Virus record (IMG/VR): IMGVR_UViG_3300010885_044304
Span: 2,161 to 66,160 of that record
Source: a virus
Taxonomy: Duplodnaviria; Caudoviricetes
Reading direction: 5' to 3' (one strand)
DNA length: 64,000 nucleotides
The notes beneath the pieces were generated by a model. That model was not told where the DNA came from. It worked only from the letters and a program-made list of their open reading frames with translations, and did no database searches. The first letter of the stretch is position 1, and every line of letters starts with the position of its first letter. Position numbers and translations under genes: made by a program. This document shows, piece by piece, positions 40,601-48,955 of the stretch.

Positions 40601-43600
40601 AAATTCGTGTTCAGCAACCAAGTGTTGATGTAAACTTGCTGAATACCATATACATGTATGATCAGGTCAGTGGATTACCCAAACAGTATTTTGATTATTT
40701 CAACCCCAGTCAAGGACGTTTGTTGGGTGCCGTGGCACAAAATCTTGATTTTACAGGTGCTGTTGATCCTGCTGCCTACAATGTTGGCCCTGTCAACAAT
40801 TATGGCGCACATTGGGGTCAGGAACATGTGGGACAAATTTGGTGGAACACATCGCGTGCCCGCTTTATCAACACCAATCAAGATGACGTGGTCTATGACA
40901 GCCGCCGCTGGGGACAACTGTTTCCAGGCAGCACAGTTGAAATTTATCAATGGATAGCCAGTGATGTTCCGCCTGTAAATTATACAGGACCTGGTCTGGC
41001 ACTGGACGTCAACCGATACACCATCAACAACACATTGAACTCACAAGGTATTGTGGGTATTGAATACTATTTCTGGGTCACTGGACTGGACACAGTGGAT
41101 AGTGCCAGAAACAAAACACTCAGCATCAACACACTGACACAGTACATTGAATCACCCAAAAGCAGTGGCATCAGCTATCTGGCACCAATCAACGCCAGCA
41201 CCTTTGCCATCTACAACGGAACTGAGTACATCAGTGCGCAGGACACCGTACTACACATAGAATATGACCAGCAGCTTAATGATGCAGCAGTACACGTGGA
41301 GTATCAGTTGATTGCACAGGATCGCGCTGACGGATTCTTGGTTGATGCTCTGTATGTCAAGCTGCAGGACAGTTTCTGCGGCATAGATGCTGTTGGTCGC
41401 CCAGTGCCAGATCCTTTCCTGTTTCCCAGTCAGCAGTACGGCGTGCAAGCCCGGCCGCGTCAGAGCATGTTTATCAACAGATTCTTGGCATTGCAGAACT
41501 ACTTAGAGAGCACAAATACTATTCTGGCACAGTTTCCCATAAGCGAAACTCGCAGTTTCAGTTTGTTAAACAGCAGAGAACCAGAACCAGGTCCTGGATC
41601 CGGAGCATGGAACATTCGTGTTGCCAACTACGAAGAACTTACTTTTCAAGACCTATCAACTGTGCCCTTGGGCTATCAATACCTGGTAGGCAGTGACAGC
41701 AACTATCGCGGATTATGGACAATTTATCAAGTGATATCAGGTACTGCACCAGGATCCAAGACACTGTTGCTGGTGCGTGTGCAAAATTACGATACCAGTT
41801 TGTACTGGAACTACATCAACTGGTATGCACCCACTTATGATCCTGCAACCAAACTCACTGCCACTGTGCCAAACTACAGTGCCTTGGAAACACTCACAGT
41901 GGTCAACGGTGCTGCAGTCGAAGTCACAGCCAACAGTCAAGGCAAACAGGAAATTTATCAATACAACAACGGTACCTGGACCAGAGTAGGCCTACAGGAC
42001 GGCACAATTCAATTTCAACAACGTCTGTGGGATTACACAATAGACTCGGGCCGTTTTGGATTTGACGTCGAAGTGTTTGACGCTCAGTTTTTTGATCAAG
42101 AACCTGTAATTGAAACACGCAAAATTATTCAGGCCATCAATCAGGAACTCATGACGGACGAGCTGTTGATTGAGCGCAATCGCCTGTTGATCTTGATGTT
42201 TAACTATATCCTCAGCGAACAGATTGCTCCAGATTGGCTGACCAAAACCAGTCTGATTGATGTGGATCATGTGATACGAGAACTGGTTCCTTATCAGATC
42301 TATCGCCGCGACAATCAGGATTTTGTACTGAACTACATACAAGAAGTCAAGCCATATCATGTGCAGATTCGCGAATTCAATTTGATCTACAAGGGACTGG
42401 ACACATATCAAGGCACAGTAAATGATTTTGATTTGCCAGCCTATTGGGATCCAGCTCAAGACTTGTTTATCAGTCCAATTCTGGACAACATAGGCAATGT
42501 CAGTACCACCAGTAGTGTACCTAGTACCAGTGGTGTTTGGCAGACCTTGCCATGGAATCAGTGGTATCAGAACTATCTGCTGCAGATTGAATCAGTCACG
42601 GTGGCCGAAGGAGGTACTGGTTATACCACAGCTCCTGAGGTAGTGATAACAGGCACAGCAGTGACTCCTGCTGTGATGACCGCTGTGGTCGACAGTGCAG
42701 GTCAGGTCATCAGAATTGACGTCAACGATCCTGGTGCAGGATATTCTACCACAGCTGTGCTGACACTAGTGGGTGGCAACGGAACAGGCGCTCGCGCTGT
42801 TGCAGTTATGAGCAATGGTCTGGTACGCAACTTCTTGACCACAATCAAGTATGATCGCTATCAATATCAAACCACCATTGTGGATTGGCAGGCCAATGTC
42901 AGCTACGACAATGGCACACTGGTGCGATATGCCAACAAAGTCTGGAGTGCCACAAACAGTGACAGCAGTGCAATAGAAAGCCTGGTATTTGATCCTGATC
43001 AATGGACTGTAGTACCAGCCGAAGATCTCAGTGGTGTTGATCGCACCATGGGATATTATGTGCCAACCCCCAATGAGCCCGGATTAGACCTGGCACAACT
43101 GATATCCGGAGTTGACTATCCGGGAGTACAGGTAGATGCCCCAGACTTCAATCAAAATACCGGATTTGATGTGGGCAACTTTGATATCAATACATTTGAC
43201 AACATCAGTTTTGGGCCAGAAGGCCGTCCCACATATGATCCTGCCATACTGGATGCCATCTACGAGAGCGAATTCACAGATCCTTACCTGGGAACTCTGC
43301 CCACTTCCATAAATGTGGATGGTGGAGAGTTTGTAGACACATATAGCAGTCATGCACCAGAAGAACTGGTGCCAGGCGCCATGTTTGACACCTTGGACAT
43401 GCGAGTGTTTACATCGCCAGGAGCAGATTGGACCGGTGATGGCCATGGCTTTCCCTTACAAATAATCAAATACACCTACAGTGCCAGCACTGCCGACTAC
43501 AGTTTTGCAGGTTTGGTGGATTATCCTGTGGCTATACAAGTGTGGAATCAAACGCAAGGCGTAGAGCTGTTGCTGACTACAACAGATGGTTCGTCATTGT

Positions 43601-45432
43601 TTTTTACTGGTGACTATACCATAGACTGGATTGACCAAAACATCAGTTTTTTGGCAGGTATTACAGCAGGTGATGTAGTGGTCATTGCTGCTTATGCCTT
43701 GGGTGGTGGCAATCAACTGTACACCAATAGCTACAATGGTGCAGATGTTGGCAACACTGTGATTTTGCCAATCAAGTTTGGTCTAATAGAAAGCGTTGCA
43801 GTATTTGTCAACGGCGAAAATGTGACTACCTTTACTTCAGCTGCCTTCAACACCTTTAGCACAGTGATTACATTTGGCACAGTGTATACTACCTCTGACT
43901 CGATCACTGTGACTGCATTAGGCTTCAGCTCAACCGGTGAAAATTACAGTTGGAGTGTGCCACAAACTGAATTGTTTATAGCAGATGGTTCGTCATTGTC
44001 TTTTACTCTGTCCAACAGCTTAGAAGGCACTAACCCTGCCAATGTGATTGTTGAGAAGAATGGCATCAGAGCCAGACCCGCAGAAGGTGTTGAATACCTC
44101 AGCGACGGATCAAGTCTGCAGTATTTTTGTCCTGATCGTGGTGGTTACAGCCCGGCTACGGTGTCAGCTAGTGAAGTAGCAGTGTACATTGATGGACAAC
44201 CATTGATATTGGGTGCGGACTATGTACTTGATGTCTGGGATGGCACATCTGCCAGCAGAACTGTGACCTTGGCTGAACTGCCAGCAACAGGATCAACTGT
44301 GTTGATTTCAGTCAGCACTGCTGCTCAATACTATATCAGCGGTGATACTGTGATATGGAACGCCACAGGACCACTACAACCTATTGCAGGCGACATCATA
44401 AGTGTGACCACATTCAACGACACTGATCAACAAAATATCTTGACCCAGGCGTTTGCTGGTCCAACCAGTCAAGGCATCACAGTAGCGGAAGGATACGATG
44501 AAACTGTATACGATTTGGCCACAGTGTCAGGCACATCTGGTTCGTTTGATTTCAGTGTAGGTGACACAATTCAGACCAACACCTTTGACACAGGCCGTAT
44601 CATCACAGATCCGTCAAGATTGTTGGTAACACTGGATGGTTTTGTTTTGTTTGTAGATTCAGGATTTACTGTCACTGGGTCTGTGGTAACAATTACAGGC
44701 CCTGTGATCAACAATGCAAACATTGTGGCCATTACCAGTTTTACTCAGAGCGTGGTACCAGGCGCAATTGCTTTCCGCATTTTTCAAGACATGCGCGGTC
44801 TCCAAAGCACTTACCGTATCACCAGTGCCACAACCACTGCAGTGGCCAACGCAGTTGGTGCAACAGATGATATGATTTATGTGGATAATGCTGCTGCCTT
44901 GAGCGAACCCAACTTGCCATTGGGCATCTTTGGTTTGATAACCATCAACGGCGAGCGTATCACATATCGCAACAGAGACACTGCCAACAACACTGTCAGT
45001 GGTCTGCGTCGAGGCACAGCAGGTACAGGTGCAACCGATCATGCTGCAGACAGCGCAGTGTATGATATTGGTCGAGGCAACCTGTTGCCCGCAGAATATC
45101 AAAACTACGTGGTATCACAAGACTTCTTGGCTAACGGAACAATCACATCTTTTGTGGCCACTGATATCAGCATTATTGGGTTGGATAGTACAGAATTGGC
45201 AGATGCTGTGGAAGTTTATGTGGGTGGAATTCTACAGCTGGGTGGGTATGTGATTGACACAGCAGATCCTGTAAATGTAGTATTTGATGTTGCACCTACA
45301 CAAAATTATCAAGTTACTATTTTGGTGAGAAGAGCCCTAAGCTGGTATGAACCTGGACCAACAACACCCAGCAATGGTATTGCACTACAAGAACAAACCA
45401 CCGAGGCAGCAAGGTTTATCCGTGGCGAATAA
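31600..45432 (+). CDS. Giant 4610-aa virion / baseplate wedge protein (gp7-like position) with a beta-propeller and repeated beta-rich modules
   Basis: Single 13.8-kb ORF coupled to gp6 (TAATG); LYQQFLGTKGT and YIQEVKPYHVQIR wedge-like motifs; FG-GAP-like blades; V(Y/F).NG......DY repeats. Confidence 0.8.
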   Translation: MATRRTVDLLPEIFRTDVNRQFLAATLDQLTQEPNLKRTQGYVGRRYGPGVNPADNYVVEPTADRYAYQLEPGVAFLKPETNTAIDAITYPGMIDALNLQGAITTRQDSLFESEYYAWDPFCDFDKFTNYSQYYWLSQGPESVDIFATAVATSDAWEITRGTLDYTFSDVAGGNPTITLVRGGNYTFDVNQVGFNFWIQAVPGVNGTMPATPNISSRDVLGVTNNGRDQGTVSFDVPLTSAQNFYYSLPSFGSVDLVTNLVFEQIDGVSVADFFDTYPTGIDGITDLEGRTLIFTNTSFDPINLYNVWQIEYDLTNPLDPVIQLNSILTVSNLNKCTISFGTVYASTQWYKNASGYFEQVPLLTAVLDTLYYQDSQNPALYGRIKLIDPGNELFIDVEEIIGAKNYTSPNGVVFTNGLKVQFRGTSNPPQFQNLEYYVEGVGTGPGLDSRVGFIDGEAYYGAFHVHQGQKMTGSLHVDTFHQFIYDTVAESLLNEGAGGPAGAPLSATPVAGATTGNGIKLLPVTEFVTPETYTKSETIPYDSTSYDSTPFDANLNAPLVQDYITINRASQDRNAWSRSNRWFHVDVIRATAEYNNQDLVVDNNLRAKRPIIEFRANLNLYNFGTQGKTPVNIVDFNLTDAFSQINGEISYATDGFALATGTRIIFAADTDPDVRNNIWQVQFIDPTNTGNFVIDLIPAPDGEILTNQTVVALSGNTQQGLSYWFNGLDWIAAQQKTRVNQPPLFDVFDSNGISLGDAVVYPSSTFAGSKLFGYAPGTGATRDVYLGFSLQYLNIDNVGDIVFENFLYTDTFLFVQDNVSQTQLISQGFIRQYIDRVSFSNLIGWQDAAAPNLSRQSFSFVYTAAPLVLDIAINDDSIYPPLQIFAEGVYLDPDNYSYTTTENSTTITILRNLVSGTVIEVEALSNQASSAGFYQVPLNLENNPLNENSTIFTLGTIRTHYESIGQNLRTIQGPIVGANNTRDLGNLIKYGNVIVQHSAPLALTGTFLRQQQFELFNSIGYNSREYNKYKALLLDLAAKGDFENLTPTQVLDNVLQEISLGRSDISPFYWSDMLPSGEVYTTTTTTYTIISSPVFDLLNTYNFSASNYQGLLVYLNDQLLTLNYQYVVSTDSPTLTITVPLTTGDIVKIREYPITYGSYVPNTPTKMGLYPAFRPEIYLDTTYVNPTLVIRGHDGSITVAFTDYRDQVLLEFEKRIFNNLKIASDIPLNYTDVAPGQFRTTDYTLEQVNQILVEDFLSWVGWNKLDYTTQSYVSNDPFTYNYSQSANRLSGKPSLGAWRGIYNYFYDTYTPDSTPWQMLGLSQKPAWWDSEYSAGPYTSGNTVLWDDLAAGIIREPGNVRVDSRYIRPELLQVLPVDSEGQLLDPLQTTIGNYDATSFKRNWVFGDDGPVENAWRTSSSWPFAVMRLLALTKPANFFSLFADRDRYVYNDALEQYLWDGRYRIDAKKLTPLYGNNVSKASYINWIIDYNRQLGINSTDVLTSTLNNIDVRLCWRMAGFSGKNYLKVYTERATPDSTNTSLILPDESYQLLLYKNQPFEQLTYSSVVVQKTDTGYSVFGYSALDPYFNILVSRPSGNFVNLSDNQNVIRVSLDHSTNVARVPYGFVFTNIGGVVDFLVSYGALLQNQGFVFENRENGYVLNWLQMAQEFLYWTNQGWGTGSIINLNPAATSISIERPTAVVDNLNIYSPENIILNQNRQPLKTGDLVVDRIENLFRVTTLSTNTINFLNIRFTQYEHMMVLDNRSIFADLLYQPVTGARQSRVFISGWLSGNWNGTVNAPGFVLNQDNIVEWLPTRKYAKGEIVLFKNEYWAASTIIQPSQKFNYNLWIKSDYNEIQTGLLPNAANASDQLATAYSVYNANLETEVDLFSYGLIGFRPRQYMQALNLDDVSQVNLYQQFLGTKGTIRSAELFSLANLGKEVAEYNINEFWAILRSQYGATANRSYVELLLNEANLHSNPSLIQVVQTGQTSEADQTVLVQNIWKSSTKINNPNILPVTTSLPTDVGLPVAGYVNLDDVDITLFDFDAAQIAGAVTLNQIGMNTTVWFAKVNNYDWGIFRTEMVPANVISMSDNLNGRSQMRFNRPHKLSIGDLIIVNYFDPVINGVYRVLFVVDLQSILVEFSFTGFQAEVLGNGIAFRLQTARVAQPSDIITLPYAKQLEPGARVWVDSNASGFWQVLEKTEPFSTQVEIGPVERSGNSQFGFALSQGFQNLSALVGAPGYNANEAATAPGALYTYVKTFADVYNENSILQLGTTDTAGYGNAVDMGDQQWAIVGASASDSGAGYAAVIYRNPASPVFEQWQLLAIPAGDQITVADEFGYSVTMSLDERWLYVGAPGGNTVYAYNRIDVQDQSVEYISVQGQTAYQFSNNIIIDDGSQIIVSVDNIVLTYTTDYTATSTTLNLNAAVPENSVVSIVRRKTLQTISDGSTAAFDLSSLYAVTDVYSVTVYANGILLRPETDYTLAGSTVTLLSVPLVDTAIVFRAGTYYSLVADLTASVGDSTNAEFGHSITTTTTGRKLLAGSPNTVVDDGETTYSNAGKTFVFDRSVQRFQVTDASVLSYTTEQALVSPTAVFLNTVYQLNQVGNIGGTYTISGNTITFTAALAVGDIIEVETNNFIQEQILTSTNINTGNKYGYRVDQCINDCSLYISSPYIDLLKPQAGQVEVVINQARAFGTITSTIANPVLTAGNHLRINNYFVEITGTTVAQLALDINSAAIPNAQAAVTADLELVGDASTKIFDVGSIYSVATAYTPVVLIDDVLKVLNTDYTYNNITKQITFSTAPDIGAIITVVSGRLTIEVKNQLSAVPLDKLQVDDGTGTLFADLGLQAYVYQQTITAPNQQDFAHFGESTFISEDTVTLLVGAPNGTPISSVTFDQAATTFDAESTNFIDTIPNAGVVYTYDALRPVNWSVTNPVQFVFGQQIIPLQDSQTSDLYGAALDYTTGTLLIGSPGFDAGDSQVGYGSVTKLQNNSNLPAWQQIRVQQPSVDVNLLNTIYMYDQVSGLPKQYFDYFNPSQGRLLGAVAQNLDFTGAVDPAAYNVGPVNNYGAHWGQEHVGQIWWNTSRARFINTNQDDVVYDSRRWGQLFPGSTVEIYQWIASDVPPVNYTGPGLALDVNRYTINNTLNSQGIVGIEYYFWVTGLDTVDSARNKTLSINTLTQYIESPKSSGISYLAPINASTFAIYNGTEYISAQDTVLHIEYDQQLNDAAVHVEYQLIAQDRADGFLVDALYVKLQDSFCGIDAVGRPVPDPFLFPSQQYGVQARPRQSMFINRFLALQNYLESTNTILAQFPISETRSFSLLNSREPEPGPGSGAWNIRVANYEELTFQDLSTVPLGYQYLVGSDSNYRGLWTIYQVISGTAPGSKTLLLVRVQNYDTSLYWNYINWYAPTYDPATKLTATVPNYSALETLTVVNGAAVEVTANSQGKQEIYQYNNGTWTRVGLQDGTIQFQQRLWDYTIDSGRFGFDVEVFDAQFFDQEPVIETRKIIQAINQELMTDELLIERNRLLILMFNYILSEQIAPDWLTKTSLIDVDHVIRELVPYQIYRRDNQDFVLNYIQEVKPYHVQIREFNLIYKGLDTYQGTVNDFDLPAYWDPAQDLFISPILDNIGNVSTTSSVPSTSGVWQTLPWNQWYQNYLLQIESVTVAEGGTGYTTAPEVVITGTAVTPAVMTAVVDSAGQVIRIDVNDPGAGYSTTAVLTLVGGNGTGARAVAVMSNGLVRNFLTTIKYDRYQYQTTIVDWQANVSYDNGTLVRYANKVWSATNSDSSAIESLVFDPDQWTVVPAEDLSGVDRTMGYYVPTPNEPGLDLAQLISGVDYPGVQVDAPDFNQNTGFDVGNFDINTFDNISFGPEGRPTYDPAILDAIYESEFTDPYLGTLPTSINVDGGEFVDTYSSHAPEELVPGAMFDTLDMRVFTSPGADWTGDGHGFPLQIIKYTYSASTADYSFAGLVDYPVAIQVWNQTQGVELLLTTTDGSSLFFTGDYTIDWIDQNISFLAGITAGDVVVIAAYALGGGNQLYTNSYNGADVGNTVILPIKFGLIESVAVFVNGENVTTFTSAAFNTFSTVITFGTVYTTSDSITVTALGFSSTGENYSWSVPQTELFIADGSSLSFTLSNSLEGTNPANVIVEKNGIRARPAEGVEYLSDGSSLQYFCPDRGGYSPATVSASEVAVYIDGQPLILGADYVLDVWDGTSASRTVTLAELPATGSTVLISVSTAAQYYISGDTVIWNATGPLQPIAGDIISVTTFNDTDQQNILTQAFAGPTSQGITVAEGYDETVYDLATVSGTSGSFDFSVGDTIQTNTFDTGRIITDPSRLLVTLDGFVLFVDSGFTVTGSVVTITGPVINNANIVAITSFTQSVVPGAIAFRIFQDMRGLQSTYRITSATTTAVANAVGATDDMIYVDNAAALSEPNLPLGIFGLITINGERITYRNRDTANNTVSGLRRGTAGTGATDHAADSAVYDIGRGNLLPAEYQNYVVSQDFLANGTITSFVATDISIIGLDSTELADAVEVYVGGILQLGGYVIDTADPVNVVFDVAPTQNYQVTILVRRALSWYEPGPTTPSNGIALQEQTTEAARFIRGE

Positions 45433-45438
45433 TCAAGG

Positions 45439-45444
45439 TAAATA
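45439..45444 (+). promoter_or_regulatory. Late promoter TAAATA, 5 nt before the ATG
   Basis: TAAATA-ATCAC-ATG(45450). Confidence 0.65.
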
Positions 45445-45449
45445 ATCAC

Positions 45450-45602
45450 ATGAATGCACAATTAGAAAATTTGTCAAAAATGCAAACGCCCCTGACTCCC
45501 ACGGTCAATAAGCCCACGGAATCTGGGTCATTTTCTGTGGAATCTCATGTGAAAATTTTTGATCCAAACACCAAACAAGTGTATGTGGAGAAGCGAGCAT
45601 GA
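45450..45602 (+). CDS. 50-aa small protein missed by the ORF track
   Basis: MNAQLENLSKMQTPLTPTVNKPTESGSFSVESHVKIFDPNTKQVYVEKRA; late promoter upstream and ATGA overlap with the next gene. Confidence 0.7.
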   Translation: MNAQLENLSKMQTPLTPTVNKPTESGSFSVESHVKIFDPNTKQVYVEKRA

Positions 45603-46204
45603 TGTCGTTGGGGACTGTAATGGTTGAGGGATTTTTAAAAATCCACGACCCAAATTCAAAAGAAGTGTTTGTCGACAAACACAATGCCATACACTATGAG
45701 AATATCAGTATTGCCTTGGCAGAAAGCATAGCCAACAAGAACATTGGATACATCTATGCCATGGCCTTTGGCAATGGCGGCAGCAGTGTAGATCCCACAG
45801 GTGTTATCACATATCTTCCACCTAATGTGACAGGTCAAAATGCTGACTTGTATAACCAGACTTATATCAAGGTGGTGGACGGAAATAGTCCTGCCAATAC
45901 AGATCCTACTCGCAATAATTTAACAGTTTTGCATACTTCGGGCAAGGTTTATACCGATGTTTTAGTCACTTGTTTGTTGGATTATGGCGAACCTGCAGGA
46001 CAACAGGCCTTTGACAACAGCACCAATTTCAACGGTGAATTTGTGTTTGACGAATTGGGGTTAAAAACCTGGGAAGGATCTGCAGATGATCTCATGCTGA
46101 TTACACATGTGATTTTCCATCCTGTTCAAAAGAGTCTGAACAGACAGATTCAAATAGATTATACTGTGCGTATTCAGACCTTGACCAATTTGAGCACAGC
46201 ATAA
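45599..46204 (+). CDS. Baseplate / tail structural protein
   Basis: MAFGNGG...FDELGL...LITHVIFHPVQKS.NR.IQIDYTVRI; lies between the wedge and fibre genes. Confidence 0.65.
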   Translation: MMSLGTVMVEGFLKIHDPNSKEVFVDKHNAIHYENISIALAESIANKNIGYIYAMAFGNGGSSVDPTGVITYLPPNVTGQNADLYNQTYIKVVDGNSPANTDPTRNNLTVLHTSGKVYTDVLVTCLLDYGEPAGQQAFDNSTNFNGEFVFDELGLKTWEGSADDLMLITHVIFHPVQKSLNRQIQIDYTVRIQTLTNLSTA

Positions 46205-46232
46205 ATATGGGTACAAAATACTTGCATAAATA
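46202..46232 (+). promoter_or_regulatory. Tandem late promoters (CATAAATA x2)
   Basis: TAAATA at 46202-46207 and 46227-46232; GGAG SD before ATG 46252. Confidence 0.65.
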
Positions 46233-46251
46233 CTAAGGACGGAGTCTAAAA

Positions 46252-47610
46252 ATGGCGTACACAATAAATTTAACAGATGGCAGCATATTTGCTACTGTAT
46301 CAGACGGAACTATCAACACTAGTTCAAGCATGATCTTGGTTGGTAAAAACTATGCTGGATATGGTGAATTTCTTGATGAAAACTTCATCCACTTGCTGGA
46401 AAACGGTAGCAATACCAGTGCACCAGGTGCACCACTGACAGGACAGTTATGGTGGGATTCTGCTAATGACTTGATGAAAGTTTATACAGGCACAGCCTTT
46501 AAAACTATTAGTGCTGCCACTGCCAGTGCTACAGCTCCTACTGGCAACGTCACTGGCGATATCTGGTTTGACACCACCAACCAACAGCTGAAAGTGTGGA
46601 ATGGCTCTGCGTTTATTTTGGTAGGACCTGCTAGTTCTTCTGGTCAAGGCACAAGCGGTGCCATCGTTAATACCATTGAAGATAACGTTGGCAATGATCA
46701 TGTTGTAATTCAGATGTTTGTGGCCAATACCATTGTCAGCATGGTGTCTAAGGATTCCTCATTTACACCTGCAGTTGGCATTGCTGGATTTGCCACAATT
46801 GATCCAGGTATACAGATGAGCACTGCAGTGACCAACGCTCAGTTCGTGGGCACAGCTGCCAATGCTTCTTTGTTGGATGGACTGGACAGCACTTCATTCT
46901 TGCGTAGTGATGCTAGCGACACTACCTCGGGTACCCTGGGCATTATCAACGATTCCGGACTCACAGTTGGACTGGATCAAGATGCAAAAATCAGTGTTAC
47001 TCTGGCCACATCAGCTGTGAATATTCAAAACCAAACACAGGATGCCAACATCAATATTCAGGTCAACGACGGCGGCGTAACAACAACAGCCTTGTTTGTT
47101 GACGGCTCAACAGCATTGGTTGGCGTCAAAGGCATTACAAATCTTGGCTCCAATGGTGCCGGCAACATTGGCAGTTCTGCTACATTTTTTAATACAATAT
47201 TTGCCACAGCCACCACAGCCTTGTATGCAGACGTTGCAGAACGTTTTGCAGCAGATGTAGAAATGTTACCAGGCACAGTGGTCGAACTGGGTGGCACAGC
47301 TGAAATTACCAAAAGTGTTGATGAACTAAGTGAAAATGTTTTTGGAGTCATAAGTACCAGAGCTGCTTATCTGATGAACGCTGGTGCAGGAACAGATTCA
47401 ACCCATCCTCCTATCGCAATGACAGGTCGTGTGCCAGTTAGAGTAACAGGTTCAATCTGCAAAGGTGATCGATTGGTTGCAGCAGGCGACGGCCTGGCTC
47501 GCGCAGCTCGCCCAGGCGAAGCCACAGCATTCAACACAATAGGTCGTTCATTGGAAGCCAAAGAATCAGAAACAGTTGGCATTATTGAAGCAATTGTGAC
47601 CATCAATTAA
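46252..47610 (+). CDS. Tail fibre / baseplate protein with a C-terminal autoproteolytic chaperone-like (peptidase G2/IMC) domain
   Basis: LVGKNYAGYGE..ENFIHLLEN, repeated G.(L/I)W(W/F)D....LKV, LDGLDSTSFLRSD, and C-terminal YADVAE...PGTVV...GVIS...IAMTGRVPV.V.G...KGD.L. Confidence 0.75.
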   Translation: MAYTINLTDGSIFATVSDGTINTSSSMILVGKNYAGYGEFLDENFIHLLENGSNTSAPGAPLTGQLWWDSANDLMKVYTGTAFKTISAATASATAPTGNVTGDIWFDTTNQQLKVWNGSAFILVGPASSSGQGTSGAIVNTIEDNVGNDHVVIQMFVANTIVSMVSKDSSFTPAVGIAGFATIDPGIQMSTAVTNAQFVGTAANASLLDGLDSTSFLRSDASDTTSGTLGIINDSGLTVGLDQDAKISVTLATSAVNIQNQTQDANINIQVNDGGVTTTALFVDGSTALVGVKGITNLGSNGAGNIGSSATFFNTIFATATTALYADVAERFAADVEMLPGTVVELGGTAEITKSVDELSENVFGVISTRAAYLMNAGAGTDSTHPPIAMTGRVPVRVTGSICKGDRLVAAGDGLARAARPGEATAFNTIGRSLEAKESETVGIIEAIVTIN

Positions 47611-47623
47611 TTGGAATAGCGAC

Positions 47624-48583
47624 ATGACTTATACAGCAGGCGGATTGATACAGGCCATAGACTACAATACATTTGCACAGGGCGGAGCTGCTCCTGACGA
47701 TAACGTTGCCAACATCAACACTGTTTGGGGTACAGGTACTTTGGATAAAGGATGGGGCCAGTCTACTACACTGTCGACTGTGGCAGCAGCAGGTACTGTG
47801 ACAGCAACACAATTTTCCAACTTGTTTACCCGGTTTACTAGTATTGCAAATCAGACTAATACCACGGTCACAGCTGTGACCAACCCCACTGTGGGTCAAA
47901 CCATTGATGCCAAAGCCAACTTTTCTGCCAACTTGTCCTCATGTTTTACCAATCGCAACAACGCAGCAGGCGTAGGATCTACCATTACCCTTAACGGTGT
48001 GGCCACTCGTTTAACAGCGTGGCTGACAGCATGTACAGCAACACATACCATCACCTTTGCTGACGCCAACTCTGCACGGTATTTCTTTAATGCCGGCGGT
48101 CGTATTACCATAGCCGGTGCCAGATCTGGTGGCACTGTCAATTCTAAAAACACATCCTGGACTGATTTGCTTACAGCATGTGGCACCATAAACATAACCA
48201 CAGGCACCAGTACACAAGTCATTGCAGCTGCTAATTTTACCGGAACTACAAAAACAGGTGGATCTGGCACACCAACAACCTTGTTGACAACAACTGGATT
48301 TTACGACCTTACCACAAGTAACCAAGAAGTTTTTAAACAATTTGGCTCCACATATTTGTACACCACAAACTTTGTCAGCATCAATATCTTGGCCAACGCA
48401 GCAGCAGGATCAGCAACCACAATTACCATAACAGTGCGGTTTGATGATTCTCATGTGCTGAGCACAGACGAAAATGTCGACGGCACACTGACCAGCACTG
48501 TAACACTGGTGCAACCATCAACTACCTATTTGACCAACACTTGGGGAACACCCACAATTTCAAGCAGCATAACTGGCAGTTAA
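47624..48583 (+). CDS. Thr-rich virion structural / fibre-associated protein
   Basis: GWGQ...V.A.Q and TITF.....ARYFFNAGG.I...W..L motifs; very T/S/G/A-rich; last gene of the structural operon. Confidence 0.65.
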   Translation: MTYTAGGLIQAIDYNTFAQGGAAPDDNVANINTVWGTGTLDKGWGQSTTLSTVAAAGTVTATQFSNLFTRFTSIANQTNTTVTAVTNPTVGQTIDAKANFSANLSSCFTNRNNAAGVGSTITLNGVATRLTAWLTACTATHTITFADANSARYFFNAGGRITIAGARSGGTVNSKNTSWTDLLTACGTINITTGTSTQVIAAANFTGTTKTGGSGTPTTLLTTTGFYDLTTSNQEVFKQFGSTYLYTTNFVSINILANAAAGSATTITITVRFDDSHVLSTDENVDGTLTSTVTLVQPSTTYLTNTWGTPTISSSITGS

Positions 48584-48591
48584 AAATCTAC

Positions 48592-48617
48592 ATTCTGGCA
48601 AGTGATCTTGCCAGAAT
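48592..48617 (+). terminator. Hairpin ending the structural operon
   Basis: Perfect 11-bp stem ATTCTGGCAAG-TGAT-CTTGCCAGAAT just after the stop at 48583, followed by a T-rich tract. Confidence 0.65.
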
Positions 48618-48619
48618 CG

Positions 48620-48648
48620 TTTACTAATTTCAAAAAAATCATTACAAT
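48620..48648 (+). promoter_or_regulatory. Sigma70-type promoter TTTACT-N17-TACAAT heading the modification cluster
   Basis: 17-nt spacer; ATG 48656 lies 7 nt after the -10 element and has no SD. Confidence 0.6.
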
Positions 48649-48655
48649 AGTTACT

Positions 48656-48955
48656 ATGTCAGATATAGTCACACGAATCCGCACACGGTTTGATCACGCC
48701 GCTGCAAAGAAAACTTTGCAAGAAAAATATGAATCCAAGATGCTGTTTGCACATGCAGGCGGCATGTTTCGATCCACTCCAGATACAATAACTTTTCTAA
48801 GTCTGTATGATGACAAAGATATTGTTCTCCTTGACGTTTATCATACTCCTGTCAAGGTAAATGCTGCCGACCTCAAACATGAAATGCAACAAAGATGGCA
48901 GGAGCAAATGAACGACTGGCTGGTAGAATGGTCACAAATGCAACAACAACGATGA
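48656..48955 (+). CDS. Hypothetical protein (99 aa)
   Basis: ORF from ATG 48656 (MSDIVTRIR...), coupled by ATGA to the next gene. Confidence 0.7.
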   Translation: MSDIVTRIRTRFDHAAAKKTLQEKYESKMLFAHAGGMFRSTPDTITFLSLYDDKDIVLLDVYHTPVKVNAADLKHEMQQRWQEQMNDWLVEWSQMQQQR

